NCBI GenBank assembly: GCA_046529715.1
Contig: CP134881.1
Span: 918,803-982,802, forward strand
Length of the DNA: 64,000 bases
Source of the DNA: Mycoplasmatota bacterium WC44
GTDB taxonomy: Bacteria; Bacillota_I; Bacilli_A; MAG-NZ
Reading direction: 5' to 3'
Shown: one piece after another, positions 37,810 to 48,313 of the stretch
How the letters are laid out: every line of letters starts with the position of its first letter
How positions within the stretch are numbered: the stretch's first letter is position 1
Notes under the pieces: generated by a model
Told to the model about the DNA's origin: nothing
The model's database searches: none
Seen by the model: the letters and a program-made list of their open reading frames with translations, nothing else
Made by a program: the position numbers and the translations under genes

Positions 37810-38775
37810 ATGCTTTCTATAGCTTTAGTTATCATGTTTATTTCAAGTATTATAGAATTATACTTTTTTACAGTAGCACTAGTCTCAGGAGAATCTTTAT
37901 TCTTATACTCAACAATTCATATAGTATTAATTATTAATTACTACCTTATGAACTTATATTTTATAAAAAGTAAAAAAGAAGAAAAGCCTATATTCATAAC
38001 TTTTTTTCTTCCTGGATTAGGTTTTTTAATTGTATTTACTATTGAGTTTTTTACAGCTATAACTAAACGTAAAACAGAAGAAATAAATATGGTTACAATA
38101 TTTGAAATACTTGAAGATACAAATGAATATAACTTCTTAAGTGAAGATAAAGTGTTATCTTACAGTGATAATATGAAGTATTTAGATAACGATGATCAAC
38201 TATCATTATTATTTGATGTATTAGAAGACGGGACTTATGATAAATTAAAAATTCTTAAACAAGGCGCAGAAAATGAAAATCAAGTAATTAAATATTACTC
38301 ATCTGTATATCTAAGTTCTCTAGCGAATCAATTTGAGAATGAATTATTTAGATTATCCGATAAATTTACTAAAACAGATAACTTAATTGATTTAAAAAAT
38401 TTGATTACAACATATGATTCATATTTAATTAGTGGTTTATTAAAAGATGATATGTATGATTTTTTTAACAAAAAAAATATACATTTCTTAGAAATGGCAA
38501 TTGAAGCTGAAATCCAGGTGATTAAAAACTCAGTTAGATTAGTAAATGCCTACTTAAACGATGAACAATATGATAAAGCAATAAAAATGATAGAAAAAAA
38601 TAAGATTACTCACCCTGCGGATCTTGAGATGAGAATATTAGAAATAAATTATTATGCTAAATATAACAATAATGATAAAATTACAAAATGTGTTAAAGAT
38701 ATCTATGACAAATTCTCTTACATTCCACCAAAAGAGTTATCGATACTTAAATTTTGGAGTAAAGAAGTCGCATGA
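37810..38775 (+). CDS. pelE: PelE-like membrane/TPR protein
   Basis: Two N-terminal TMs plus a helical-repeat C-terminus. Size and position match PelE. Confidence 0.45.
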   Translation: MLSIALVIMFISSIIELYFFTVALVSGESLFLYSTIHIVLIINYYLMNLYFIKSKKEEKPIFITFFLPGLGFLIVFTIEFFTAITKRKTEEINMVTIFEILEDTNEYNFLSEDKVLSYSDNMKYLDNDDQLSLLFDVLEDGTYDKLKILKQGAENENQVIKYYSSVYLSSLANQFENELFRLSDKFTKTDNLIDLKNLITTYDSYLISGLLKDDMYDFFNKKNIHFLEMAIEAEIQVIKNSVRLVNAYLNDEQYDKAIKMIEKNKITHPADLEMRILEINYYAKYNNNDKITKCVKDIYDKFSYIPPKELSILKFWSKEVA

Positions 38776-40190
38776 TAGTATGTTTACTAATTGAGGGGTC
38801 TTACCCTTATGTTGTGGGTGGAGTGTCAGGATGGGTTAATAGTATTATAAAAGCTATGCCAAATGTAGAGTTTAAGATACTTTCAATAATGCCTTCGGAA
38901 ACTGGTAAGTTAGAAATCAAATACAAATTGCCAGATAACGTAATTGAACTAAAAACAATATACCTTGATGGTTATATTGATAACCAAAATGGTGATTATG
39001 TTAATCAAGTAAGATTATCTAAAAAAGAAGAAAAAGAATTAAGTAAATTACTACATTTTGATTTAGATATAGACTTATCTAAAGTTCTTGAAATAATGGA
39101 TAATAAGAAGTCTGTAAGAAAAGTAGAAAATTTCACTAGAACCAAATTCTTTTATAATATTTTAAAAGAAAAATATTTTAAGAATTATAGTGATTTGAAT
39201 TTTAATAAGTATGTATGGACATCAAAAGGTATGTATAATCCATTCTTATTTGTATTAGATTCTGATATACCAAAAGCAGATATATATCATTCAGTTTCTG
39301 CAGGTTATGCAGGATTGATTGGAGCAGTAGCTAAGGTTAGATTTGATAAGCCGTTTATCTTATCAGAACACGGTATATATACAAGAGAAAGACAAGAAGA
39401 GATTGTAAAAGCTAATTGGATTAAAAAAGTATTTAAGATGATATGGATAGACTTTTTCTTCTATGTGTCAAATATTGGGTACAAATACGCTGATAAAATA
39501 ACTTCTCTTTTCCATGACGCAAGGAAATTTCAAATTGTTTATGGTGCAGAAGAAGAAAAATGTATAGTTATATCTAATGGAGTTAACGTTGAATCTTTTG
39601 ATATTCAAAAAAAAGATCACAAAAGTTTCAATATAGGGTTCATTACTCGTGTTGTACCAATTAAAGATGTTTTAACGGCTATAAGAGCATTTTACCTAGT
39701 AAACAAAAAGATGGATAATGTAAATTTTTACATCATTGGTCCAACCGATGAAGATGAAAAATATTATGAACAATGTTTAAAACTTACGGAAACATTAGGC
39801 TTAAACAATGTTGTCCATTTTACAGGAACTGTAAATATAAAAGATTATTTACCTGAGACAGATGTTGTTATATTATCGTCTTTATCTGAAGGACAACCAC
39901 TGGTACTATTAGAAGCTATGTCAGCGGGGATACCATGTGTTACAACTGACGTAGGATCATGTAAAGAAGTACTTAATGCAGATGCTTCGGACTTAGATAA
40001 ATGTGGAATTATATATGAACCAACTAACTATGAGCAATTAGCATCGAAATTAATATATTTATATGAAAATATAGATTTAAGAGAAAAAATGGGTGCTAAT
40101 GGTAAGGAAAGAGCTAATTCTTTATATAATTATAAAGATATGGTTAATAAATATTTCAAACTTTATGAAGATGTAATAAAGAAATATTAG
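38772..40190 (+). CDS. pelF: PelF, a GT4-family glycosyltransferase
   Basis: N-terminal IVCLLIEGSYPYVVGGVSGWVN and LSEHGIYTRERQEE closely match PelF. E-x7-E GT4 motif in EGQPLVLLEAMSAG. Confidence 0.85.
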   Translation: MIVCLLIEGSYPYVVGGVSGWVNSIIKAMPNVEFKILSIMPSETGKLEIKYKLPDNVIELKTIYLDGYIDNQNGDYVNQVRLSKKEEKELSKLLHFDLDIDLSKVLEIMDNKKSVRKVENFTRTKFFYNILKEKYFKNYSDLNFNKYVWTSKGMYNPFLFVLDSDIPKADIYHSVSAGYAGLIGAVAKVRFDKPFILSEHGIYTRERQEEIVKANWIKKVFKMIWIDFFFYVSNIGYKYADKITSLFHDARKFQIVYGAEEEKCIVISNGVNVESFDIQKKDHKSFNIGFITRVVPIKDVLTAIRAFYLVNKKMDNVNFYIIGPTDEDEKYYEQCLKLTETLGLNNVVHFTGTVNIKDYLPETDVVILSSLSEGQPLVLLEAMSAGIPCVTTDVGSCKEVLNADASDLDKCGIIYEPTNYEQLASKLIYLYENIDLREKMGANGKERANSLYNYKDMVNKYFKLYEDVIKKY

Positions 40191-40198
40191 GAGTTATA

Positions 40199-41662
40199 AT
40201 GGCAGGAATAAGTATAAGACTAGAAAAATTAATAAAAGATGAAAGTTATATATCAAATTTTACTGGTTATTTAATCACGACATTTGCAGTGGCTGGTCCA
40301 TGGATCATAACTATTATTGTCTTGTCAATATTTTCATCGCTATTTTCTGCTGAGCTTAGAGTATCAGCAGATTTTCAGCTGTTTAATGCAACAGTAGTAT
40401 ACGGATTCATAGGTTCACAGCTTATAACTGTACCGTTTCAATTCATTGTTACGAGGTATATAGCAGATGAAATATATCGAAATAGAACTGACTTTTTAAG
40501 AGCTACTTTTACTGGAATGTTAAAGGTGATTTTTGTAATTGGAGCAATTTTATCAGGCTTCTTGTTTTTTAGATCAGATTTACCATTATATTATCAGGTG
40601 CTAGCATCATACTTCTTAATTATGGTCTCATTTGTATGGATATCTTCATTTTTTATCTCAGCACTTGGTGATTATACTTATCTTGGAAAAAGTTTTATCG
40701 TAGGAAGTATTGTTGGATTTGTTACATTCGCTCTTGTAAGCCAAATATCTTATCTTTTTTCTTATAGTGTTACTATAACAGGTCTATTAATGATGGTTAG
40801 TTCTATGACTACAATTTTTATAATGATTTGTTACAAATTTATGACAAGTATTGATAAATCTAATCAATGTCAATTTGATTTTATAAGGTCATTTTCCAAC
40901 TACTCATCACTGTTTTATATCGGTGTATTCTATATCTTAGGTTTATGGATTGATAAATTTCTAATGTGGGGTAGCAAAATATCTCTAAATGTTTTAGATG
41001 TCCTTTATGTAGCACCAGCATATGATCAAGCTTCTTTTTTAAGTAATTTACTCATCATCCCAAGTAATGTATTGTTCTTATCACTTGTAGAAGTTGAATT
41101 TATAAAATTTTATAAAGATTATTTCAAAAAAACAGCAGATGGAACATATATTGAGATTGAAAGAGCTAGAATACTTATGAAAAAAGAACTTCTTAGGAAG
41201 ATACTTCAGATTTTTATAATTCAATCAGTAATAGTTATGTTTATATACGTCTTTACATATGATATTTTTAGTATTTTAAAATATGATGTCCTGTCGAAAA
41301 TGATTTTTACTAATCTATTACCAGGATTAACATTCTATATTTTTGTACTACTATCAATAATAATGTTTCTTTACTTTGAAGAAAGAATGAAAGCATTGTT
41401 CACTTCACTAGGTTTTTTTATAGCAAACTTAAGTTTTACTTTATTTTATATAAACCAAGGACATGAATCTTATGGAAAAGGGTTTACTATAGCATCGATA
41501 GTTGTTTCTATATATGCTTTGTTTGCACTGATTTCTATGCTTAATAATGTTAACTATAGATTATTTGGAGTTAAAACTGTAACCACTAAGAAAAGAAAGA
41601 AATATTTTGAGACTATAGCTGATAATCTAAGGATTAAGAAAGGAGTTGAACTAGATGAATAA
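40199..41662 (+). CDS. pelG: PelG, a polytopic (MOP/MATE-like) Pel export membrane protein
   Basis: N-terminal MAGISIRLEKLIKDESY matches PelG MAGIGFELRKIL..DSY. ~12 TM. Confidence 0.8.
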   Translation: MAGISIRLEKLIKDESYISNFTGYLITTFAVAGPWIITIIVLSIFSSLFSAELRVSADFQLFNATVVYGFIGSQLITVPFQFIVTRYIADEIYRNRTDFLRATFTGMLKVIFVIGAILSGFLFFRSDLPLYYQVLASYFLIMVSFVWISSFFISALGDYTYLGKSFIVGSIVGFVTFALVSQISYLFSYSVTITGLLMMVSSMTTIFIMICYKFMTSIDKSNQCQFDFIRSFSNYSSLFYIGVFYILGLWIDKFLMWGSKISLNVLDVLYVAPAYDQASFLSNLLIIPSNVLFLSLVEVEFIKFYKDYFKKTADGTYIEIERARILMKKELLRKILQIFIIQSVIVMFIYVFTYDIFSILKYDVLSKMIFTNLLPGLTFYIFVLLSIIMFLYFEERMKALFTSLGFFIANLSFTLFYINQGHESYGKGFTIASIVVSIYALFALISMLNNVNYRLFGVKTVTTKKRKKYFETIADNLRIKKGVELDE

Positions 41663-43274
41663 GAAAATAACTGTATTAGTTTTTATACTTCTAAGTATTT
41701 TTATAGCCTTAACATACGAAAGTTCAACTATTAATCCTTTAATAGTGAATCATCCTGATTATAGCAATGACATGGTAGAAGAGTTATTGATTACTACATA
41801 TCACTCTGATAAAAATAAAGGTGTATATTCTTATGATGAACTAGTAGCGAATGAAGGGTACAATGTCGATGGTAAATCTATTAAAATTGATGTTCTTCTT
41901 CAAGAAATAAATGGTGATAAAGTATGTACAAGTTGTTACGGATATGGTCTAGTTACTAGTAATACTAAGCTATCATTAAGAGGGCAGTCGTCAAGAAAGG
42001 AAGAACAAAAGTCATATAAATTAGTAATTAACAGTGACATTGATTCCTTCAAGGGTGAACACATACTAAATTTAAAAAAACACGCTGAAGATAACACTCG
42101 AATTAGAAATAAATTGATCTTTGATTTAATTAAAGACATTCCAAATACACTTGTTCCAAACACTAAATTTGTACACTTAACATTAAGAGATTTAACTAAC
42201 GGAACAGGTAAGTTAGAAGATTTAGGTCTTTTTACTCATCATGAACAAGTTGATAACGATTTCTTTAAAAGGAGAGGTCTAGACCATAAAGGTAATTTAT
42301 ATAATATAAATTTCTTTGATTTTTATAGATATAAAGATGTAATTATGATGAAAGATGACCCTTTATATAGTAAAAAAGCATTCGAAGAACTATTAGAAAT
42401 TAAAGGTTCAAGTGATCACTCAAAATTAATTGCCTTATTGACTGCACTTGATTCACCTTTAATACCAATTAACCAAGTAATAAATAAATACTTTGATCGT
42501 GATAATTATCTTACTTACTTAGCTGTGAATATGATTGTGGATAATGTCGATGCATCGGCAAGGAATTTTAAATTATATAGACCATCAGATAGTGAGAAAT
42601 GGTATTTTATCTTTTGGGACTATGACAAAACTATAAATTTAGGATCTAATTCAAACGACGCATGGAGAAAAGGAATTCATCTTTATATGAATGATAATCT
42701 TCATAAACAGTTTCTAAGTGTAGAAAGCAATAGACAGGAACTTATGCAGAAAATGGAAGAACTAAAACCTTACTTTAGTGAAGAAAAAATAACCAATCTT
42801 CTGAACGAATATAAACCTGTACTAGAGTATTATTTAACAGAAAGCGTTGATGCTGAATATAGTGATTTAACTTATTCAGAAGTAGAATCTGAAATGAGTC
42901 AATTTTATGATAATATCTTACTTAATTATGATGTTTTCTATGAATCTATACTTGTTCCTAAAGCTGTATTTATAGGTCAGTTTGAGAAAAAAACAAGATA
43001 TCATATCTTAACATGGAGTAAATCATTAGATTTCAATAATGAAAAAATACTATATGATGTAAAAATAGCACGTGATCCTTTATTTGAAGATATTGTTTAT
43101 GAGGAAATAGGTCTAAGAGATAATCAAATTGTTTTATTTGATTTTGACCCAGGTAACTACTTTGTTTCAGTAGACTCCATCAACGAAAGTAATTATAGAC
43201 AACCAGCTTTTGACAATTATACTGATAGACAAAAAATAAAATATTTTGGTGTCAAGAATATCGTTGCTGAGTAG
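41655..43274 (+). CDS. cotH: CotH-family (atypical kinase-like) protein with an N-terminal signal/TM
   Basis: CotH-type blocks (NFKLYRPSDSEKWYFIFWDYDKT). The start overlaps the pelG stop by 8 nt. Confidence 0.65.
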   Translation: MNKKITVLVFILLSIFIALTYESSTINPLIVNHPDYSNDMVEELLITTYHSDKNKGVYSYDELVANEGYNVDGKSIKIDVLLQEINGDKVCTSCYGYGLVTSNTKLSLRGQSSRKEEQKSYKLVINSDIDSFKGEHILNLKKHAEDNTRIRNKLIFDLIKDIPNTLVPNTKFVHLTLRDLTNGTGKLEDLGLFTHHEQVDNDFFKRRGLDHKGNLYNINFFDFYRYKDVIMMKDDPLYSKKAFEELLEIKGSSDHSKLIALLTALDSPLIPINQVINKYFDRDNYLTYLAVNMIVDNVDASARNFKLYRPSDSEKWYFIFWDYDKTINLGSNSNDAWRKGIHLYMNDNLHKQFLSVESNRQELMQKMEELKPYFSEEKITNLLNEYKPVLEYYLTESVDAEYSDLTYSEVESEMSQFYDNILLNYDVFYESILVPKAVFIGQFEKKTRYHILTWSKSLDFNNEKILYDVKIARDPLFEDIVYEEIGLRDNQIVLFDFDPGNYFVSVDSINESNYRQPAFDNYTDRQKIKYFGVKNIVAE

Positions 43275-43284
43275 GGGTGGATTT

Positions 43285-43998
43285 ATGAAAAGTGAATACA
43301 GATATGAATATAAGTATATAGTTGATGAAAGAAAAAATATTTTATTAACTAATCACATAAATGAGTTAATGAAAGTTGATGATAATATAAAATCTGGCAA
43401 TAAGTATCACACTAGAAGTTTATATTTTGATGATATTGAAAATTCAGCATACTTTAGCGTATTGAGTGGTGAGTATAAAAGGACTAAGTATAGAATTAGA
43501 ATTTATAATTGGAATGATAATGAAATATATTTAGAAGAGAAAAATAAAGAAGGAGAATTCGTCTATAAAAATAGGTCATTGATATCTTTGGAAGAATATA
43601 ATAAAATTATAAAAGGCGATATTTCTTTTTTGTTGAAAAAGTGCGAAATGTGTAGAAGATTCTACATAAAACTTAGAAATGAATTGCTTAAACCTAGAAT
43701 AATAATTGATTATTATAGAAAGCCGTTTTATTTAACTCATTCGGACTTAAGAATAACCTTTGATTTTGACATAACAGTGATTATGTTTAAAAATAATTTC
43801 TTTAACAAAGACTCTAGAGGTTTTAGAATATCAGAACCTAATACATCAATTCTGGAAGTTAAATATAAGAAGTTTCTTCCGACTGTTTTTAGAAAACTTT
43901 TTTCAGGATTTGATATAAGTAGAACAAACTATTCAAAATATTATTTATCTTTTGAATATTTACGTAATTATAAATTAATGAATTGGGATGTGAAATAA
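43285..43998 (+). CDS. VTC-domain (CYTH-like polyphosphate-polymerase-domain) protein
   Basis: YEYKYIV (ExK-like) N-terminal strand. RBS AGGGGTGGA, ATG at 43285. Confidence 0.55.
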   Translation: MKSEYRYEYKYIVDERKNILLTNHINELMKVDDNIKSGNKYHTRSLYFDDIENSAYFSVLSGEYKRTKYRIRIYNWNDNEIYLEEKNKEGEFVYKNRSLISLEEYNKIIKGDISFLLKKCEMCRRFYIKLRNELLKPRIIIDYYRKPFYLTHSDLRITFDFDITVIMFKNNFFNKDSRGFRISEPNTSILEVKYKKFLPTVFRKLFSGFDISRTNYSKYYLSFEYLRNYKLMNWDVK

Positions 43999-44672
43999 TG
44001 GATTCTATTAAACTATTTTTTGAGCAATTTACAAGTGCATCATCTTCACAAACAATAGGAATTTTGGACATGCTTTTTATACTAGCTCTTACTTTCTTAC
44101 TAGGGCTATTTGTAACATTTATTTATAGGCTTATTTACTCTGGTGTATCAATGAGTTATAAATTTTTAACATCATTATTAGTAGTGTCTTTAGTAACCAC
44201 AATGGTTGTATTGACAATAAGATCTAACATTGTTGTTTCATTAGGTATGGTAGGGGCACTTTCGATAATAAGATTTAGAACACCATTAAAGGAACCATTG
44301 GATTTAGCTTTCATGTTTTGGGCAGTAGCTATTGGTATAACAATGGGAGCTTTATTATTTGATATTGCTCTATTATTTTCATTATTTATTGGTGTTGCAT
44401 TAACTATATTTACAAAAATAAAGAATACATCACAGGTTTATTTATTAATCATCGAATACAATAATAAAAGTATGACTTCAAGAGCAGTTGATGATGAATT
44501 AGCTAAAATTAAATATGTTCTTAGATCAAAAAGAGTTACTGACAATATGGTTGAATTAAATTTAGAAATCACTCAACTTAAAATGAAAACTGATATCATC
44601 AATAATATTGGGAAAATAGATGGAGTTGAGAGTGTTTCTCTAATTGGATACAATGGAGATTATTTAGGATAA
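43998..44672 (+). CDS. DUF4956-like small membrane protein
   Basis: 3-4 TMs plus a soluble C-terminal domain. ATG overlaps the VTC stop (TAATG). Position matches the known cotH/VTC/DUF4956 neighbourhood. Confidence 0.5.
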   Translation: MDSIKLFFEQFTSASSSQTIGILDMLFILALTFLLGLFVTFIYRLIYSGVSMSYKFLTSLLVVSLVTTMVVLTIRSNIVVSLGMVGALSIIRFRTPLKEPLDLAFMFWAVAIGITMGALLFDIALLFSLFIGVALTIFTKIKNTSQVYLLIIEYNNKSMTSRAVDDELAKIKYVLRSKRVTDNMVELNLEITQLKMKTDIINNIGKIDGVESVSLIGYNGDYLG

Positions 44673-44769
44673 AAATAACAACATTAGATTATAATACCTT
44701 TAAATTACACACTAAATAAAAAACAATGTTAACATTTATTTAGATAGTAATTTGGAGGTATTTTTTATT

Positions 44770-45033
44770 ATGGGAAAACATGTAAGAAGGGATTATATTT
44801 TTAAAAAGAGAATTGTAGAGGAAGTTTTGGGTGGTAAGTACACTTATTCTGAAGCAGCTGCTAGGTATGGAATTAGCAATAGAGGTACAATTTCTATTTG
44901 GAAAAAGAAATATCTTGAAGGTACTCTAGGAATAGATAATCGAGGGAAAAGAAATCAAGAGGTAACCAATGAAGAAATCTTAAAAAAGTGCTATGCTCTA
45001 CTGATGAAAATCCGTTCCAAGCAACAAGGATAG
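44770..45033 (+). CDS. IS3-family transposase OrfA (HTH)
   Basis: RBS GGAGG, ATG at 44770. Helix-turn-helix. Confidence 0.8.
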   Translation: MGKHVRRDYIFKKRIVEEVLGGKYTYSEAAARYGISNRGTISIWKKKYLEGTLGIDNRGKRNQEVTNEEILKKCYALLMKIRSKQQG

Positions 45034-45881
45034 AGAAGTATCAAATAATAGATGGTTTGAAACACATATATCCAGTTCAAAGATTATGTAGAGTTCTATT
45101 AATCACTAGACGAAGTTATTATTGGTGGCTTAATAGAGGTAAACCATTAGCTAATAACATTAATCAAAAAGACTTAGAACTATTCACAGTAGAGCACTTT
45201 AATACAAAAGAAGTTTATGGCGTTTTAAGACTAAAGTACCATATTCAAAGAAAATACGGATTTATATATAACCACAAGAAAATAAGACGTTATAAGCGAC
45301 TGTTCAATCTAGATACAATAACACGAAAAAGACGCCCTTTGTATCTTAGGACAACAAAAAAAGAGAGCCACTTAAATATGGCTCCCAACGTGCTTGATTG
45401 TAACTTTACCTCAGATAGCCCCTACCAAAAGTTATCGACAGATGTAAGTTATATCAAATGCACAGACGGTACATTGTACCTATCAGCTGTTAAAGATCTC
45501 TTTAACAATGAAATTGTATCATATTCAATATCAAATAGAAATGATGGAGAGCTAGTTAAAAAGACATTAGAGCAAATTCCTAAAGGGAATGGGATTATAC
45601 ACTCAGATCAAGGTGGATTATATTTTAGTTTACTCTATAGAATAAAACTAAAAGAGTTGGGATACACGCGTAGCATGTCAAGACGTGGTGCTTGTTGGGA
45701 AAACTCACCGATTGAAAACTGGTTCTCACAGTTAAAGGAAGAACACTTAAGACCAATAGGTAAAAAGACAATGAAAGTAACGAAACAGGAGATAAAAAAA
45801 TACATCCAATGGCATAACCATGAACGTATTCAAAAATCTTTAAACTACTTGACTCCTGTTCAGTATTTACAAAATGTATAA
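44988..45881 (+). CDS. IS3-family transposase OrfB (DDE/rve integrase), expressed by -1 frameshift from orfA
   Basis: HSDQGGLYFS and CWENSPIENWF blocks. Confidence 0.8.
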   Translation: MLCSTDENPFQATRIEKYQIIDGLKHIYPVQRLCRVLLITRRSYYWWLNRGKPLANNINQKDLELFTVEHFNTKEVYGVLRLKYHIQRKYGFIYNHKKIRRYKRLFNLDTITRKRRPLYLRTTKKESHLNMAPNVLDCNFTSDSPYQKLSTDVSYIKCTDGTLYLSAVKDLFNNEIVSYSISNRNDGELVKKTLEQIPKGNGIIHSDQGGLYFSLLYRIKLKELGYTRSMSRRGACWENSPIENWFSQLKEEHLRPIGKKTMKVTKQEIKKYIQWHNHERIQKSLNYLTPVQYLQNV

Positions 45882-46019
45882 GTTTTTTATTTAGTGTGTA
45901 CTTGACAGGTAGTAGTATCTTAATAGTTGTTTTTTTTACGTTCTTAAAAAGGTAAAACTATGTAATAGTTGTTTTCTATAGTATAATTATATGGAACAAT
46001 TATCCAAGGAGGAAAAGAT

Positions 46020-48173
46020 ATGAAGCCATATGTTACATTTATTAATAAGTTTAAGAAACCTTTATTTTTATTGTTTTTCCTCTTAAACATTATTTCTATA
46101 TTTGGTATTACTAAATTAAACATATCTACAGATTTCACTATCTTTATGCCAAATGAATCTGTACACAAAGAATATCTCGATGAGATGAATTCATATTTCA
46201 AGAGCGATGAACAAATGATTTTTATGATTGATTATAATGAAATTAATATAGAGAATTTGGAAAGTATTTTTATATTAGATGATTACTTATCAAGTTTTAC
46301 TTCAATTGAGTTTTTAAACTCACCTGCTTTAGAAGTTCTATATATAGATGGAGAGATTGATGAAACTGATGTTGTTAATTTTGAGAACTACCTTAAATCA
46401 TTAAACGAATTGTCACCTGTCATAGAAAAGGATGGAAAGTATCATGCTATGTTTGTTGCCTTTATAAATGAGGAATTTAATAATGATGATTTAACGAGTA
46501 TTAGAGAATATTTATCTGATAATGACTACAGATACTCTATTAGCGGAAATAAGTACTCAGAAATGGAAATCCTTAATTTTATTATAAAAATAGTTATTAT
46601 ATTTCCACCACTAGCCTTGCTACTAATTTTATTTGTATTTAGATTACAGATGAGATCCATGAATGCAACCTTACTTTCTGTATTACCAGCAGGTATCGGT
46701 TCATTGTGGACTATGGGACTATTGGGGCTGTTAGGTAATGAATTATCATTAGTTACAGTGTTGGCTCCAATATTTACTATTGTTATTGGTAGTGCTGATG
46801 GATTGCATTTTATGTCTCATATGCAAGAATCTGAAGAAGAAGGAAATTCTAGATTTGATTCGACTGTTAAAACTTTAAAAATGGTTGGTATACCGATGAT
46901 TATTACTACCATTACTTCAGTGTTTGGTTTCTTGTCACTAATAGCAATGAAATCTGACTCAATTATGGCTTTAGCTACATCTGCATCTATTGGTATAACT
47001 TTTGCGGGTATTGCTACATGGTATATACTGCCTTTACTGTTAAGCAATAATATTGATATTTCAATAAAGTCAATATCAAGAAGAAATAGAGATTTAAGCT
47101 CATATCTAAAGAAGTTATGGGGTAAAAGAATAGTAATATTAACTGTCGCTCTCTTAGCAGGAAGTTTGTTTATATCTCAGTATATTAAAAGTGAGTTTAA
47201 CATGTTAATGATATATAAGGATAATACAGAAATTCAACAAAACTTTAAGCAAATTACAGCTATTAATGACGGATCACTTCCTTTGTATGTTTATTTTAAA
47301 ACCGATGATGATATTTTAGGACGTAATTCATATTTATTTGCTGAGGAACTAAGTAACAAGTTGCTTAAGTCCAATGCTGTATTTAGAGTAAACAATGGAT
47401 ATTCCATGATTCAATTAGTGAATGAGAAGATGAGTGGTAATCATGAATATCCAGAAAATGAAATGATTGCAAAAAATATATTCAATGTGTTAACAAAACC
47501 TGGTGCAGGTGTACCAATTACAGAATTTATTAGTACTAACGATAAAGTATTTAAAATTATGATATTCCCAAAAAATCAGAGTAATGAAACTTTAACAGAG
47601 ATTGAGAAAATAGTTGTTGATTCTAGTAACACTGATTATACTGCAAAAGTAACGGGTGTTCAGTACGTTATGAAAGATCTTAATGATGTTATTATTAAAT
47701 CTCAAATTATTACAGTTTTACTAGCTATTGCATTTGTATTTATATTGTTGTTAATCAGTATGAAAAGTTTTATCTTAGCATTGATTTCTTTGGTGCCTAT
47801 AGCGAGTACTACTGTTATGTTATTCGGATTCTTAGCTGTAACAGGAATATCATTAAATGTTGTAACAGCTACTATGTTTAGTATAAGTATAGGAGTTGGT
47901 ATTGATTATGCAGTACATTTCTCTTCTATATTTAAAGAATTAAAGAAAGATAGTGAAGTTGATGATGCTATAGAAAGCACTTTTAAATATTGTTCAAGAC
48001 CTATTATAGCGAATGCAACTGGGATAGCTATTGGATTAAGTGTTTTAATTTTATCGCCGCTTACAATCCATACTTATTTATCATCTTTAATGTGGTTTTC
48101 AATGATAATTTGTTTAGTACTAAGTTTATCTTTACTTCCAACTATTCTGAAATGGTATTATAAAAATATATAA
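46020..48173 (+). CDS. MMPL/RND-superfamily (SSD) membrane transporter
   Basis: 717 aa. Two 6-TM bundles, each preceded by a large extracytoplasmic domain. Confidence 0.7.
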   Translation: MKPYVTFINKFKKPLFLLFFLLNIISIFGITKLNISTDFTIFMPNESVHKEYLDEMNSYFKSDEQMIFMIDYNEINIENLESIFILDDYLSSFTSIEFLNSPALEVLYIDGEIDETDVVNFENYLKSLNELSPVIEKDGKYHAMFVAFINEEFNNDDLTSIREYLSDNDYRYSISGNKYSEMEILNFIIKIVIIFPPLALLLILFVFRLQMRSMNATLLSVLPAGIGSLWTMGLLGLLGNELSLVTVLAPIFTIVIGSADGLHFMSHMQESEEEGNSRFDSTVKTLKMVGIPMIITTITSVFGFLSLIAMKSDSIMALATSASIGITFAGIATWYILPLLLSNNIDISIKSISRRNRDLSSYLKKLWGKRIVILTVALLAGSLFISQYIKSEFNMLMIYKDNTEIQQNFKQITAINDGSLPLYVYFKTDDDILGRNSYLFAEELSNKLLKSNAVFRVNNGYSMIQLVNEKMSGNHEYPENEMIAKNIFNVLTKPGAGVPITEFISTNDKVFKIMIFPKNQSNETLTEIEKIVVDSSNTDYTAKVTGVQYVMKDLNDVIIKSQIITVLLAIAFVFILLLISMKSFILALISLVPIASTTVMLFGFLAVTGISLNVVTATMFSISIGVGIDYAVHFSSIFKELKKDSEVDDAIESTFKYCSRPIIANATGIAIGLSVLILSPLTIHTYLSSLMWFSMIICLVLSLSLLPTILKWYYKNI

Positions 48174-48223
48174 ATAACTATTCTAGTTTTAAAAAATAAT
48201 TAATTTACTTATTAAAAGAGCAA

Positions 48224-48252
48224 AAAAAACAACTGAATTAAGTTGTTTTTCT
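48224..48252 (+). terminator. rho-independent terminator
   Basis: aaaacaact ... agttgtttt hairpin followed by a T-run. Confidence 0.75.
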
Positions 48253-48313
48253 ATGTTATAGTTATTATATATAAATATAAAAAAGGAGTGCAGATATTAA
48301 TTCTGTAAAAAAT

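Larger units (their letters stand above)
44706..45900 (+). mobile_element. IS3-family insertion sequence (IS150-like organisation), 1195 bp
   Basis: 19-bp terminal inverted repeats TACACACTAAATAAAAAAC at 44706-44724 and 45882-45900. orfA/orfB with an A_AAA_AAG frameshift site at 44982-44988. Confidence 0.85.

Noticed and set aside
45944-46201. 85-aa minus-strand ORF overlapping the MMPL transporter start and its upstream region
   Set aside because: No RBS. It overlaps the real start and RBS of the 717-aa transporter. It is likely spurious.
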